Positions 40,137 through 52,556 of a stretch of DNA of 64,000 nt are shown piece after piece. The notes below the pieces were generated by a model. It searched no databases and was not told the DNA's origin. It saw nothing but the letters and a program-made list of their open reading frames with translations. Position 1 is the first letter of the stretch; every line of letters starts with the position of its first letter. Where the stretch lies: NCBI GenBank assembly GCA_964016885.1, contig OZ024764.1:16244001-16308000 (forward strand), in the 5' to 3' direction. Made by a program: the position numbers and the translations under genes. This DNA is from Eledone cirrhosa (lineage: Eukaryota).

Positions 40137-41072
40137 CTGAAACAGACAAGATTGATGTGGATCAGTGAAGGTGGATCAGACAGAACAGATGTGGATCAAA
40201 TATCACTGAAACAGACAAGATTGATGTGGATCAGTGAAGGTGGATCAGACAGAACAGATGTGGATCAAATATCACTGAGACAGACGAGACAGATGTGGAT
40301 CAGACAGAACAGACGTGGATCAAATATCACTGAGACAGACGAGACAGATGTGGATCAGACAGAACAGACGTGGATCAAATATCACTGAAACAGACGAGAC
40401 AGATGTGGATAAGCAAAGGTGGATCAGAGATTATTGAAACAGACAAGATGAATGGGGATCAGTGATCAAGCAGAACAGATGTATGTAATACATCCTTATT
40501 AAGTTGGTGTTTGGAACATAACTTAACAAATGTTCTTACATGAAATTATGATGGAAGGTTTTTAGATAAATATAAACACTTTAACCCTTTCATTACCATA
40601 TTTCTAATGAAAGACACTGTTGGTGTTTGGAACATAACTTAACAAAGGTAACATCATCTCTGGTTTCTCTGGTTTTTCTTGCATTAATTCACCACATAAC
40701 ACAGAATTGTCTCCCCTCAATCTTGTTACCTGGATATTTTCACTGCAACAGCATGGCAGGGGCTTTCAAACCTCACAGTTTATATATAAACATATATACA
40801 TGATCTTAACCAATCCAGAGAGCCACATTACAAGGACTGCGGTGCCGTTACCTATGTTGAAAGGGTGTCGTTACCTGTTAGAAAGGTGTCATTACCTATG
40901 TTGGGAGGGTGCCGTTACCTATGTTAGGAGGGTGCCATTACTTATGTTAGAAAGGTGTCATTAACTATGTTAGAAGGGTGTCATTACCTATGTTAGAAGG
41001 GTGTCATTACCTATACTTGAAGGGTGTCAGGACCAGAACCAATGCTAGAAAGGTGTAAAACAAGATACTCAC

Positions 41073-41217
41073 TCGGACCATCATGATTCTCTGCTGCATT
41101 GCCTCCCCATAAATCTCCATGAAGCAATGAGGGGTGAATTACTGGGAGATCATCAAACAAAAGGGAGAATTTCTTTAATATTTGGTCCCAGAGTCCTCGA
41201 ACTTCATGGTTTCCAGA
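41073..41217 (-). CDS. FN3K: Fructosamine/ketosamine-3-kinase, exon 6
   Basis: SGNHEVRGLW...PSLLHGDLWGGNAAENHDGP, containing the catalytic HGDLWxGN motif; canonical AG/GT. Confidence 0.95.
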
Positions 41218-41449
41218 CTGAAGATATATTTTTATATATATATATATACATACTCACACACACATATATATATATCATCATCGTTTAACGTCCATCTTCC
41301 ACGCAAGCATGGGTCTGGACAGGAATTGTCCCACTTGAGGCAAGATTGGTTGTCTTGCTCAGGACTGTCTGGCGGGTTTTCTACGGCTGGATGCCCTTCC
41401 TAACACCAACCACGTTTACAGTGTGGACTGGGAGCCTTTTTACCATGTG

Positions 41450-42465
41450 CCCTTACCCTTTCTTTCTAGTCCCTGCTTCCAAGTTTGGAATTTCTTCTCT
41501 AGTTCTACCATAGATTCAGCTATAAGTGCGAGGTCATCAGCATACAGGAGGTCCCATGGGCATCCGGTCTTAAACTCCTTCGTTATTGCCTGCAGGACTA
41601 TGATGAGCAGGAGAGGGCTAAGAACAGAGCCCTGGTGGACCCCAACCTGTACGCTAAATTCCTCGCTATACTCATTGCTAATCCTAACTTTGCTGACTTT
41701 GCTGCTTTTCACAAGCCATTCATCTACTCCTAGTTTTCTAAGAGCCCACCAAATTACAGCACGTGGAACTCTGTCAAAGGCTTTCTCGAGATCGACGAAT
41801 GCCAGGTAGAGTGGCTTACTTTTAGCTAGGTACTTTTCCTGTAACTGCCTCACAAGGAAGAGGGCATCAGTGGTGCCTCTTCCTGGTACAAACCCAAATT
41901 GCATCTCATCTAGTTTCACCCGGTCCCTAATCAACTGTGCTATAACTCTTTCTGTTACTTTCATGACCTGGTCCATCAACTTTATACCTCTATAGTTTCC
42001 TCTATCGAGTGCATCACCTTTACCTTTGTAGCAGTTGACAATGATGCTACTGCACCAATCTTTTGGTATGACACCTTCTAGTATTACCTGGTTAACAATA
42101 CGTGTGGTTATAGTGTGACCTACAGACCCAGATGCCTTCAGCATCTCGGCAGCTATACCCGATGGACCAGTTGCCTTCCACATCTTCATATCTTTGATTG
42201 CCTTACTTACTACGCTGCTGCTGACTTGTACTGCTGGTCCCTCTATAGGGTCTACTTGGGGTAGGGTCTCTTCTTCCCATGCATTCTCCTCATTTAGTAA
42301 TCTATCATAATGACTCTTCCATGCATCTTTCTTCTCAGCACTTGTGAGGGCAAGCTCACCTTTATCATTCCGGATACACTTCTCTCTAATGACATCACAA
42401 CTATATCTGACACTGCCTCGCAATCTTGAATACCTCCTGTTTCTGGTCCTCACGTTGCAAAACAT
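41450..42465 (-). mobile_element. Internal RT fragment of the same RTE family as 52903-55983
   Basis: Protein nearly identical to the 53179-55677 ORF; YADD retained; small internal deletion. Confidence 0.95.
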
Positions 42466-42651
42466 ATATATATATATATATATAGTAATATTTATATTTA
42501 TATATTTGATATAACTATAAATATGTAGGGTAGTATTAAGTACTAGCCGGTTACCTGTATGACAAAAGGTTCAATGCAAATTTTTGAGTTCTTTACAGAG
42601 CCGAGATACAGAGTGTTAAAACGATCAAAGTTTATTTTAGAACATTTATTA

Positions 42652-42696
42652 GCTGACAATTGTTTCTTCCAGAGGCAAGTCTGGAATCATCAGAGC
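42652..42696 (-). ncRNA. Minimal type-I hammerhead ribozyme (FN3K sense strand, intron 5)
   Basis: GCU-CUGAUGA-UUCCAGA-CUUGCC-UCUGGAA-GAAAC-AAUU-GUC-AGC. Confidence 0.75.
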
Positions 42697-42774
42697 ATAA
42701 GGAATGTCGAAACAATGTACCCTAAATGTTCTAAACGACAAGGATTATAGTTACACGTTTTCGACATTCCTTAT

Positions 42775-42819
42775 GCTCTGACGATTCCAGACTTGCCCCT
42801 GGAAGAAACAATTGTCAGC
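42775..42819 (+). ncRNA. Minimal type-I hammerhead ribozyme (inverted partner)
   Basis: GCU-CUGACGA-UUCCAG-ACUUGCCC-CUGGAA-GAAAC-AAUU-GUC-AGC. Confidence 0.72.
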
Positions 42820-42874
42820 TAATAAATGTTCTAAAATAAACTTTGATCGTTTTAACACTTTGTATATATATCAT

Positions 42875-43180
42875 CATCATCATCATTTTACGTCCACTCT
42901 TCCTTGCTCGCAAGGGTGGGACGGGTCTTATTCAGCACAGCATCTCTCCACTTGTCACGGTCCTTCGTCATCTCCACCGTGAGCTTCAGCTATCTGAGGT
43001 CTGTTCTCACCACCTCCGCCCATGTTTTTCGTGGTCTACCTCTACCACGTCTTCCTTCAACTGGCATTTCCTGGCACTTCTTCACCCATCGGTCATCCTC
43101 CATGCGCATCACATGTCCATACCACCTCAGTCTCCTCTCCCATACACTACAACTTATCCCTCTCAACACATTCATGCTGG
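42875..43180 (-). mobile_element. RTE-type LINE 3' end
   Basis: ERRLRWYGHVMRM...GRGRPRKTW and a (GAT)n tail. Confidence 0.9.
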
Positions 43181-43243
43181 GTTGTTCACATATATTATAA
43201 TATGGGGCTATACTACTACAGCTGTAAAATAAAATCTACTTAC

Positions 43244-43294
43244 ATTTTGTTCCAGGTAGGAGATTTGATATTCTATCTTGGCAGCGTAGAACTC
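43244..43294 (-). CDS. FN3K: Fructosamine/ketosamine-3-kinase, exon 5
   Basis: EFYAAKIEYQISYLEQN; ccag acceptor, GTAAGT donor; phase 0/0. Confidence 0.85.
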
Positions 43295-43490
43295 CTGGAA
43301 TTGGAGGGAAAATTGTAGAAGATAAACAAGGTGAAAATGAAGAACATCCCCACCAACACCAACAGTATCACAACCAACTCTAGCTCCAATACAACCACCA
43401 CCAACAACACCACTAACCACTACCACCACCAACACCAACACCACTACCACCACCACCACCAGCAGCAACTAGACAGAAGAAGAAACTCAC

Positions 43491-43656
43491 AGGCCAAGTG
43501 TCGCACCAGTCATTGGATTGGACAATTTTCCCACAACATGTTCCAACATGGAAGCCAAAGTGAGGGTGATGGTGGGAGACATCACTGCTACCACCATGTA
43601 ACCTGTTACTCTCCTTTTCCTCTTTCTTGAATAGACCTTCATTGTGTTTGTGTAAC
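43491..43656 (-). CDS. FN3K: Fructosamine/ketosamine-3-kinase, exon 4
   Basis: LHKHN...FGFHVGTCCGKIVQSNDWCDTWP (FGFxxxTCCG motif). Confidence 0.93.
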
Positions 43657-43734
43657 CTGGTGGAGTAGAAAGAATTTAACAACACATTGTCACATAGTGG
43701 ATTATGTAATAATTCAGGTTTCATAGGCCATTGT

Positions 43735-43990
43735 GTAACTTATTGAAACACCTGGTCATAGGCGATTACATAACTTATTGAAACACGTGTCTATAGGCAA
43801 TTACATAACTTATTGAAACATGTGTATATAGGCAATTACATAACTTATTGAAATATGTGTCTATAGGCAATTACATAACTTATTGAAACACGTGTCTATA
43901 GGCAACTACATAACTTATTGAAACATAGGTGATTACATAACTTATTTAAACATGTCTATAGGCAATTGCATATGTGATTACATAACTATA
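43735..43990. repeat. ~34-bp tandem repeat
   Basis: ATAGGCAATTACATAACTTATTGAAACACGTGTCT x ~7. Confidence 0.9.
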
Positions 43991-44374
43991 TATAATATAG
44001 TGTAGGTAACATGGTAAAAAGCTCCCAGTCCACACTGTAAATGTGGTTGGAGTTAGGAAGGGCATCCAGCCGTAGAAAACCTGCCAGACAGTCCTATACG
44101 AGCGAGATACGGTCACCCGACCAATCTTGCCTCAAGTGGGACAATTCCTGTCTAACTCATGTTAGTGTGGAAGATAGACGTTAAACGATGATGATGATGA
44201 TGATTTGTCTCACATATGAATGACTCTAGGATGTCAAAGGCAAGTGAATCCGAGACAGAGAGAGAGAGAGAGAGGGAGAGTATCCTGTTTACAATCTATA
44301 TAAAGAAGAAAGAGAAGAAAAAAAGGAAGACGAAGAAGGCAAAGACGAAGAAGACACTGAAGAAGATTACTTAC

Positions 44375-44478
44375 GCTGCCATCTGCTGGCCCAGTTGAGA
44401 TGCAAAGGTAGATAACCCTCTTGACATATCAATATACTCCATAGCCAAAGCAGCTCCATTTCCAGGTAGTTTAAACAC
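44375..44478 (-). CDS. FN3K: Fructosamine/ketosamine-3-kinase, exon 3
   Basis: VFKLPGNGAALAMEYIDM...LGQQMA; canonical splice sites. Confidence 0.92.
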
Positions 44479-44680
44479 CTAAATTATAGAAAAACATTGT
44501 CAACTAGAGATGAGGTCCAGAGCAGCATTGGATTTAGACCGGGGGGGGGGGGGCACTTCAGGTTTTAGAAGCCCCTCATACGCAAAAAATTATAATACAC
44601 AACATACCCCCCAATTTTACATATCAAAGTTAGCTTGGCGTAAGTAATTGGAAATGAAAAGTTATACATATAGGTATTAA

Positions 44681-46080
44681 CCCTTGAGCATTTACATTAC
44701 TCTATATATACTTGTTTCTACTTTAGGCACAAGGCCAGCAATTATCCAGTGCATTACTGGTACATTACTCTATATATACTATTGTATTTTCACAGTAAAG
44801 GCTTCACCTCACATAATACCTCACATAACATTTACATTACTCTATATATACTATTGTATTTTCACAGTAAAGGCTTTACCTCACATAATATCTCACATAA
44901 CATTTACATTACTCTATATATACTATTGTATTTTCACAGTAAAGGCTTTACCTCACATAATATCTCACATAACATTTACATTACTCTATATATACTATTG
45001 TATTTTCACAGTAAAGGTTTTACCTCACATAATATTTACATTACTCTATATATACTATTGTATTTTCACAGTAAAGGCTTTACCTCACATAATATCTCAC
45101 ATAACATTTACATTACTCTATATATACTATTGTATTTTCACAGTAAAGGCTTTACCTCACATAATATCTCACATAACATTTACATTACTCTATATATACT
45201 ATTGTATTTTCACAGTAAAGGCTTTACCTCACATAATATCTCACATAACATTTACATTACTCTATATATACTATTGTATTTTCACAGTAAAGGCTTTACC
45301 TCACATAATATCTCACATAACATTTACATTACTCTATATATACTATTGTATTTTCACAGTAAAGGCTTTACCTCACATAATATCTCACATAACATTTACA
45401 TTACTCTATATATACTATTGTATTTTCACAGTAAAGGCTTTACCTCACATAATATCTCACATAACATTTACATTACTCTATATATACTATTGTATTGTCA
45501 CAGTAAAGACTTTACCTCACATAATATCTCACATAACATTTACATTACTCTATATATACTATTGTATTTTCACAGTAAAGGCTTTACCTCACATAATATC
45601 TCACATAACATTTACATTACTCTATATATACTATTGTATTTTCACAGTAAAGGCTTTACCTCACATAATATCTCACATAACATTTACATTACTCTATATA
45701 TACTATTGTATTTTCACAGTAAAGGCTTTACCTCACATAATATCTCACATAACATTTACATTACTCTATATATACTATTGTATTGTCACAGTAAAGACTT
45801 TACCTCACATAATATCTCACATAACATTTACATTACTCTATATATACTATTGTATTTTCACAGTAAAGGCTTTACCTCACATAATATCTCACATAACATT
45901 TACATTACTCTATATATACTATTGTATTGTCACAGTAAAGGCTTTACCTCACATAATATCTCACATAACATTTACATTACTCTATATATACTATTGTATT
46001 TTCACAGTAAAGGCTTTACCTCACATAATATCAAATCTATGAGATTTTGATATTATTTATTTTGAGAACAATACCTTAAC
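44681..46080 (+). mobile_element. piggyBac-type VNTR MITE (~18 units), right end missing, SINE fragment inserted at ~44712-44763
   Basis: TTAA-CCCTTGAGCATTTA left end; 72-bp units. Confidence 0.85.
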
Positions 46081-46138
46081 ATTGGTGTTTGGAACATAAC
46101 TTAACAAAGGTTCTTACCCCACCACCACCACATCATAC

Positions 46139-46222
46139 CTTATATGGTTTAGGAATTCTCACAGTTTTTGTATTTAGTATAGAGTCCATGCTGGCCATTT
46201 CACCCTCAAACATTGCCATAGA
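46139..46222 (-). CDS. FN3K: Fructosamine/ketosamine-3-kinase, exon 2
   Basis: SMAMFEGEMASMDSILNTKTVRIPKPYK (MFEGExAS motif). Confidence 0.93.
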
Positions 46223-46314
46223 CTGAAACAGAGAGAGATAAATACACCATCATAATCATCACCAGCACCACCATCACCGCCGGTCTCATCACCATTACCA
46301 TCATCATCATCATC

Positions 46315-47060
46315 ATTTTAAATATCTTATTTATGTCTGTTCTGTCGCCTTGGTCCAGCCCTGCCCCAGCCCTGCTAACTCGAGCTGGGAAGGGAAACCT
46401 GTGACACGCAAGCCATGTTTTATGATCTCGTTGAGAGCACCATGCTGTGTGAAGCGACCAGCATTGTAACAAGATACTGGGGCTTGTATTTCACTTTTCA
46501 AATATCTTATTTATGTCTCTTCTGTCCCCTTGGTCCAACCCTGCTAACTCGAGCTGGGAAGAGAAGGGGCAGCCTGTCACATCCAAGCAATGCTTTATGA
46601 TGTCGTTGAGAGCAGCATGGCGGAGCACGCCATGTTTTATGATCTCGTTGAGAGCACCATGGTGTGTGAAGCGACCAGCATTGTAACAAGATACTGGGGC
46701 TTGTATTTCACTTTTCAAATATCTTATTTATGTCTCTTCTGTCCCCGTGGTCCAGCCCTGCTAACTCGAGCTGGGAAGAGAAGGGGCAGCCTGTCACATC
46801 CAAGCAATGCTTTATGATGTCGTTGAGAGCAGCATGGCGGAGCACGCCATGTTTTATGATCTCGTTGAGAGCACCATGGTGTGTGAAGCGACCAGCATTG
46901 TAACAAGATACTGGGGCTTGTATTTCACTTTTCAAATATCTTATTTATGTCTCTTCTGTCCCCGTGGTCCAGCCCTGCTAACTCGAGCTGGGAAGAGAAG
47001 GGGCAGCCTGTCACATCCAAGCAATGCTTTATGATGTCGTTGAGAGCAGCATGGCGGAGC
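46315..47060. repeat. 217-bp tandem repeat (~3.5 copies) in FN3K intron 1
   Basis: Near-identical ORF translations offset by 217 bp (46590/46807, 46491/46708). Confidence 0.92.
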
Positions 47061-47239
47061 CGGTGACCCCCGCCGGCACTTTAACGGTTGCAGATAGACT
47101 TCACTAAACATGAACAACAACAACAACAGCAACAATAATAATAAGTTTGAATGAAATACGTATGCCATTAATTAACAAAATAAACTCATAGTTGATGTCT
47201 CCGAAACAACAACAACAGCAACGAAAGCCAACAACTTAC

Positions 47240-47377
47240 ATTTGAATCGTTGTTAAACTTCACATAAATCTTTCCTTGGTCTGTTTCGTAGCTTGAGCCA
47301 CTGTTAATACAACCACCACCTCCACCAACTTTCTTCAGTAAACTGTACCCCATTTCGGCTTTAATAGTTTCTTCCAT
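47240..47377 (-). CDS. FN3K: Fructosamine/ketosamine-3-kinase, exon 1
   Basis: MEETIKAEMG...GGGCINSG...YVKFN then GTAAGT. The 8 exons sum to 939 nt with consistent phases. FN3K versus FN3KRP orthology is not resolvable here. Confidence 0.93.
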
Positions 47378-47707
47378 CCTAGTTATCTGACAATATCACC
47401 GAAACAAGTATAAAGTGTATTCATAAATCTATGCGCATGTGTCTATATGTTAGTATGTCTGCCTTCCTGTCTCTTTCTATCTGTCTCTCTCTCTTTCCAC
47501 GCGTGTCAGCCTGTAAATATACATACATGCACATACATATATGTATGTATATATATATATATATATATATAATTATTTGCAAAGATTAAATAAATATTCT
47601 CATATTTAGGGAAGGTCGTGTTGTTATAGTATTGCCAGAAATATATAATAAATTCACTCTACGGTTTTATATATATATATACATACGAATACACATGCAC
47701 CGACACA

Positions 47708-47742
<35 letters not shown>

Positions 47743-48653
47743 GTGTCTCTATGGCTATATGTTTGTTGATCTTTACTCTATATTTCAATAGATGAACGAT
47801 AACATCGTTGCTGACAGATTTCCAATGTGTTGTGTTGGGCCAGAACAAATATCACGAAGAACTTCCTTTGAAAAACACCGTTCTTGCAACTTTCGACCAA
47901 ATCCCGCCGAGGTTGACTTTGCCTTTCATCCTTACGGGGTCGATAAAATAAAGTACCAGTAATGTACTGGTTATTTGCTGGCCTTGTGCCTAAAGTAGAA
48001 ACAATTATATATAAGAGAGTCGGACACCATGCTTTGAAGCATAGAGTTACGTCCCTTTATGATCTGAGTTCAAATCCCGGCGAGGTTGACTTTACCTTTC
48101 ATCCTTACGGGGTCGATAAAATAAAGTACCAGTAATGTACTGGTTATTTGCTGGCCTTGTGCCAAAAGTAGAAAGAATTATATTATATTGTATATTATAT
48201 TATATTATATTATATTGTTTGTGTTCATACACCTAACAAAAGCGGTACCTAAGGTTTCAAGGCCCAATATAATAATAATATTAATGATTTCTTTATTAAC
48301 CACAAGGGTTTACACAAAGTACCCAAGGCAAACTATGGTGCGCTTTCATCAGATAAAATATAATATAGGTTAAAACATCAGATGCCTTGGTGGCCCTTGA
48401 AATATGTATAATGAAATAAATATGGTTTTATAAATATAGTTTCCATTTGTTAATATATTGTATTTTTACTCCAATAATTTGTTGAGTGCTTTATATCAGT
48501 TATAAAAATATTTTGCTTGTTGTATCCCAACAAATTAAATATAACCTCTACATATATATATGTATATATATATATTGGCTGGTATGTTAATGATACTGAC
48601 TGAATTATATAATTGAGTGGGAAAAGGGTGGGTATAGCTTTCATTATGTAAAA

Positions 48654-48842
48654 GCGGTGGATTGGCAGTATCGGTAGAGGGTCGGACGCCATGCTTTCCA
48701 GCATAGAGTTACGTCCCTTTACGATCTGAGTTCAAATCCCGCCGAGGTTGACTTTGCCTTTCATCCTTACGGGGTCGATAAAATAAAGTACCAGTAATGC
48801 ACTGGATAATTGCTGGCCTTGTGCCTAAAGTAGAAACAATTA
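48654..48842 (+). mobile_element. Full-length SINE family A
   Basis: A box TGGCAGTATCGG, B box GTTCAAATC, Meta-domain-like GCCTTTCATCC..GGGGTCGATAAA core. Confidence 0.9.
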
Positions 48843-50740
48843 TGTAAAATCTCCCCATTTTACCTGATTTCTCTCTGTTTGGGGGTACTTTTCTTGTGGT
48901 ACTCCCCGTTAGGGTTTTTACAGGTTGGCAGGTCTGTATGTACATTGATTCAAGGGGAACTAACTCTAATATTTTTGTTCGACTTGCTAGAAATAACAGC
49001 CAACTAAGCCTGTTTTTTTTATTTTATTTTATTTATAAGGATGATTAAATTTGCTAAGGTAAGATTCTATTGTTATCTTAGCAATTTTAATTTTCTAGTG
49101 TATTGTATGGTTTTCAAAATTATTTAAATTTATTTTATTTATTTATTTTTTACTAAATAAAAGTTGGCTATTTTAGGGAAAAAATATATTTAGCAGACGC
49201 TTTACATTCTGAGTTCAAATCCTGCCGGGACCAACATCGTCTTTCACCGTCCTGGGGTCGTCAGTAGGATTACTAGCATTCTGTCAGTTACGACGAATGT
49301 TCCAGTTGATAAAAATCAATGAAACAGCCAGTTCATGAAATCAACGTATAAATGGGTGAGCATTCCATAGATACGCAATCCTCAGGGAGAGTCAGCGTGT
49401 GACAAGGCTGTCCCTTTCAATACATAGGCACAACTCATTTTTGCTAGCTGAGTGGACTTGAGCAATGTGAAATAAATAAAAATTCTTTGCTCAAGGACAC
49501 AACATGTTGCTAGGAATCGAACTTATGACCATATGATCATCAGACGAATACCCTAACCACTAAGCCACGCGACTTCATACTTTTTCTTCTTTGCCCACTT
49601 ATTCATGGGAGAGTCATGAGGGCAGAGTACTCAGACACTGCTTCTAAAGTGTCATATCTGAAGCAACTGTCTTCAATTAATCCAACTGGATCTTGAAGTG
49701 AGACCAGCTAAGCTCAAGGGTGGTGTCAAATCATCTTGCTCGCAGTGTACCTTTTAGTTTCCTGCCAGTTGGCTTTGCCTGGAAAATCTGATTCAATCAG
49801 TAGACATGTCTGTAAATAATTAATTGTTTCTACTTTAGGCACAAGGCCAGCAATTACCCAGTGTATTACTGGTACTTTATTTTATCGACCCCGTAAGGAT
49901 GAAAGGCAAAGTCAACCTCGGCGGGATTTGAACTCAGATCGTAAAGGGACGTAACTATGCTGGAAAGCATGGCGTCCGACCCTCTACCGATATTGCCAAT
50001 CCACCGCCTATGTCTGTAATTAATTAATGGTTTCTGATTTAGGCACAAGGTCAGCAATTCTTGGGGAGAGGGAAAGTCGATTAAATCGATCCCAGTTTCA
50101 CTTTCAATGTGTCTAAGTTCTGCCCCTCTCTCACATCTACATTGCACATCCAAGGAAGCATGGTAACTTGTTGTGTAGGTGTCGCAACATAAAGCACTCA
50201 GTAGACAATGCAAATGTGGTTATTAGGAAGGGCATCGAGCTGTAGAAACAGCCCAAACAAGTTCCGTACGAGCAATACGTGGTCATCGAACCTGGTCTGT
50301 CTACCCCAAGGTAACATGGAAAATAGACGTTAAACAATGATGATGATGATGATGATAATCATCATCACCATTTTACGTCCGTTCTTCCACGCTAGCATGG
50401 GTTAGACGAGTTGTCCTGTTGTGGGCAGTGCCCAGTCGGCTGACCTTGTCTTGCTCATACGGGAACTGATTCTGGCTTGATTTCTACAGCTGGATGCCCT
50501 TCCTAACACCAACCTCATTTACAGTGAGTGCTGGGTGCTTTTTTGCCGTGGCACCTCCACGACCACCTTGCAGTGGGAGGGTGTGGGGGCATATTGTCTA
50601 TATGCTTCATCTTCGGCTTGTATGTACGTGTGTGCTATTAAGTTAGACATGGCCTGGGCCAATACCTATCAAAGTTATCAAAGTTATATAATGCAGGACA
50701 TTCTTTCAAATTATATATCATCATCATCATCACCGTTTAA

Positions 50741-52178
50741 CCCTTTAGCATTTAAACCAGCTGTATCCGGCCAGAATTCTCTCACCTCTCTTTTCAAACC
50801 TGCTGTAACCGGTTGTTCATACTGATGTTAAGGTATTGTTCTCAAAATAAATATCAAAATCTCATAGATTCGATATTATGTGAGGTAAAGTCTTTACTGT
50901 GAAAATACAATAGTATATATAGAGTAATGTAAATGTTATGTGAGATATTATGTGAGGTAAAGCCTTTACTGTGAAAATACAATAGTATATATAGAGTAAT
51001 GTAAATGTTATGTGAGGTATTACGTGAGGTAAAGCCTTTACTGCGAAAATACAATAGTATATATAGAGTAATGTAGATGTAATGTAGATATTATGTGAGA
51101 TATTATGTGAGGTAAAGCCTTTACTGTGAAAATGCAATAGTATATATAGAGTAATGTAAATGTTATGTGAGATATTATGTGAGGTAAAGCCTTTACTGTG
51201 AAAATACAATAGTATATATAGAGTAATGTAAATGTTATGTGAGGTATTATGTGAGGTAAAGCCTTTACTGTGAAAATACAATAGTATATATAGAGTAATG
51301 TAAATGTTATGTGAGGTATTATGTGAGGTAAAGCCTTTACTGTGACAATACAATAGTATATATAGAGTAATGTAAATGTTATGTGAGATATTATGTGAGG
51401 TAAAGCCTTTACTGTGAAAATGCAATAGTATATATAGAGTAATGTAAATGTTATGTGAGATACTATGTGAGGTAAAGCCTTTACTGTGACAATACAATAG
51501 TATATATAGAGTAATGTAAATGTTATGTGAGATATTATGTGAGGTAAAGCCTTTACTGTGACAATACAATAGTATATATAGAGTAATGTAAATGTTATGT
51601 GAGATATTATGTGAGGTAAAGCCTTTACTGTGAAAATGCAATAGTATATATAGAGTAATGTAAATGTTATGTGAGATATTATGTGAAGTAAAGCCTTTAC
51701 TGTGAAAATGCAATAGTATATATAGAGTAATGTAAATGTTATGTGAGATATTATGTGAGGTAAAGCCTTTACTGTGAAAATACAATAGTATATATAGAGT
51801 AATGTAAATGTTATGTGAGATATTATGTGAGGTAAAGCCTTTACTGTGACAATACAATAGTATATATAGAGTAATGTAAATGTTATGTGAGATATTATGT
51901 GAGGTAAAGCCTTTACTGTGAAAATACAATAGTATATATAGAGTAATGTAAATGTTATGTGAGATATTATGTGAGGTAAAGCCTTTACTGTGACAATACA
52001 ATAGTATATATAGAGTAATGTAAATGTTATGTGAGATATTATGTGAGGTAAAGCCTTTACTGTGATAATACAATAGTATATATAGAGTAATGTAAATGTT
52101 ATGTGAGATATTATGTGAGGTAAAGCCTTTACTGTGACAATACAATAGCATATATAGAGTAATGTAAATGCTAAAGGG
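50741..52178 (-). mobile_element. Complete piggyBac-type MITE with ~18 internal 72-bp repeats
   Basis: TTAA (50737-50740) + CCCTTTAGCATTTA ... TAAATGCTAAAGGG + TTAA (52179-52182): perfect 14-bp TIR and TTAA target. Confidence 0.9.
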
Positions 52179-52372
52179 TTAAAATCTATTTTCCAAATGT
52201 ATTAATATGTGGGGGGGGGGGGGGGGGGGGGTATATAAAACAAAAGAAAAACAGCTTATAAATAATAGATAAACATAAATATAAATAAAAATATATTTAT
52301 TACTAATTTTCTTTTGTTGATTAATTTATACATTAAAACATGCCGTTAATGAGGCTAACGAAGGCAAAGTAA

Positions 52373-52452
52373 TTAATTCTCAGGTGGCCACATCTCTTTA
52401 ACTGCCGCATGTTGTTCCTCAGGTAACCACTTCAGATATTCAGGTAAAAGAT
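52373..52452 (-). CDS. DHX37: DEAH-box helicase DHX37, last exon
   Basis: (Y)LLPEYLKWLPEEQHAAVKEMWPPEN* resembles the remembered human C-terminus YLLAEYCEWLP...WPP; ttgcag acceptor; AATAAA ~70 nt downstream. Confidence 0.88.
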
Positions 52453-52556
52453 CTGCAATAAAACCCAAGACTTAATCATTGAGGCCACAATTATATTTAT
52501 ACAACTCTGTGTTTAAGTGAAACTCCAGAGTGGCAAGACTCGAATAATAAATGAAT

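Noticed and set aside
44684-46050. 430-450-aa repetitive ORFs (HNISHNIYITLY...), also at 50862-52151
   Set aside because: 72-bp VNTR inside a MITE, open in several frames; the 44.7-kb copy is antisense within an FN3K intron.
48654-48750. tRNA genes at A/B-box motifs
   Set aside because: They are SINE heads with no cloverleaf, followed by SINE bodies.
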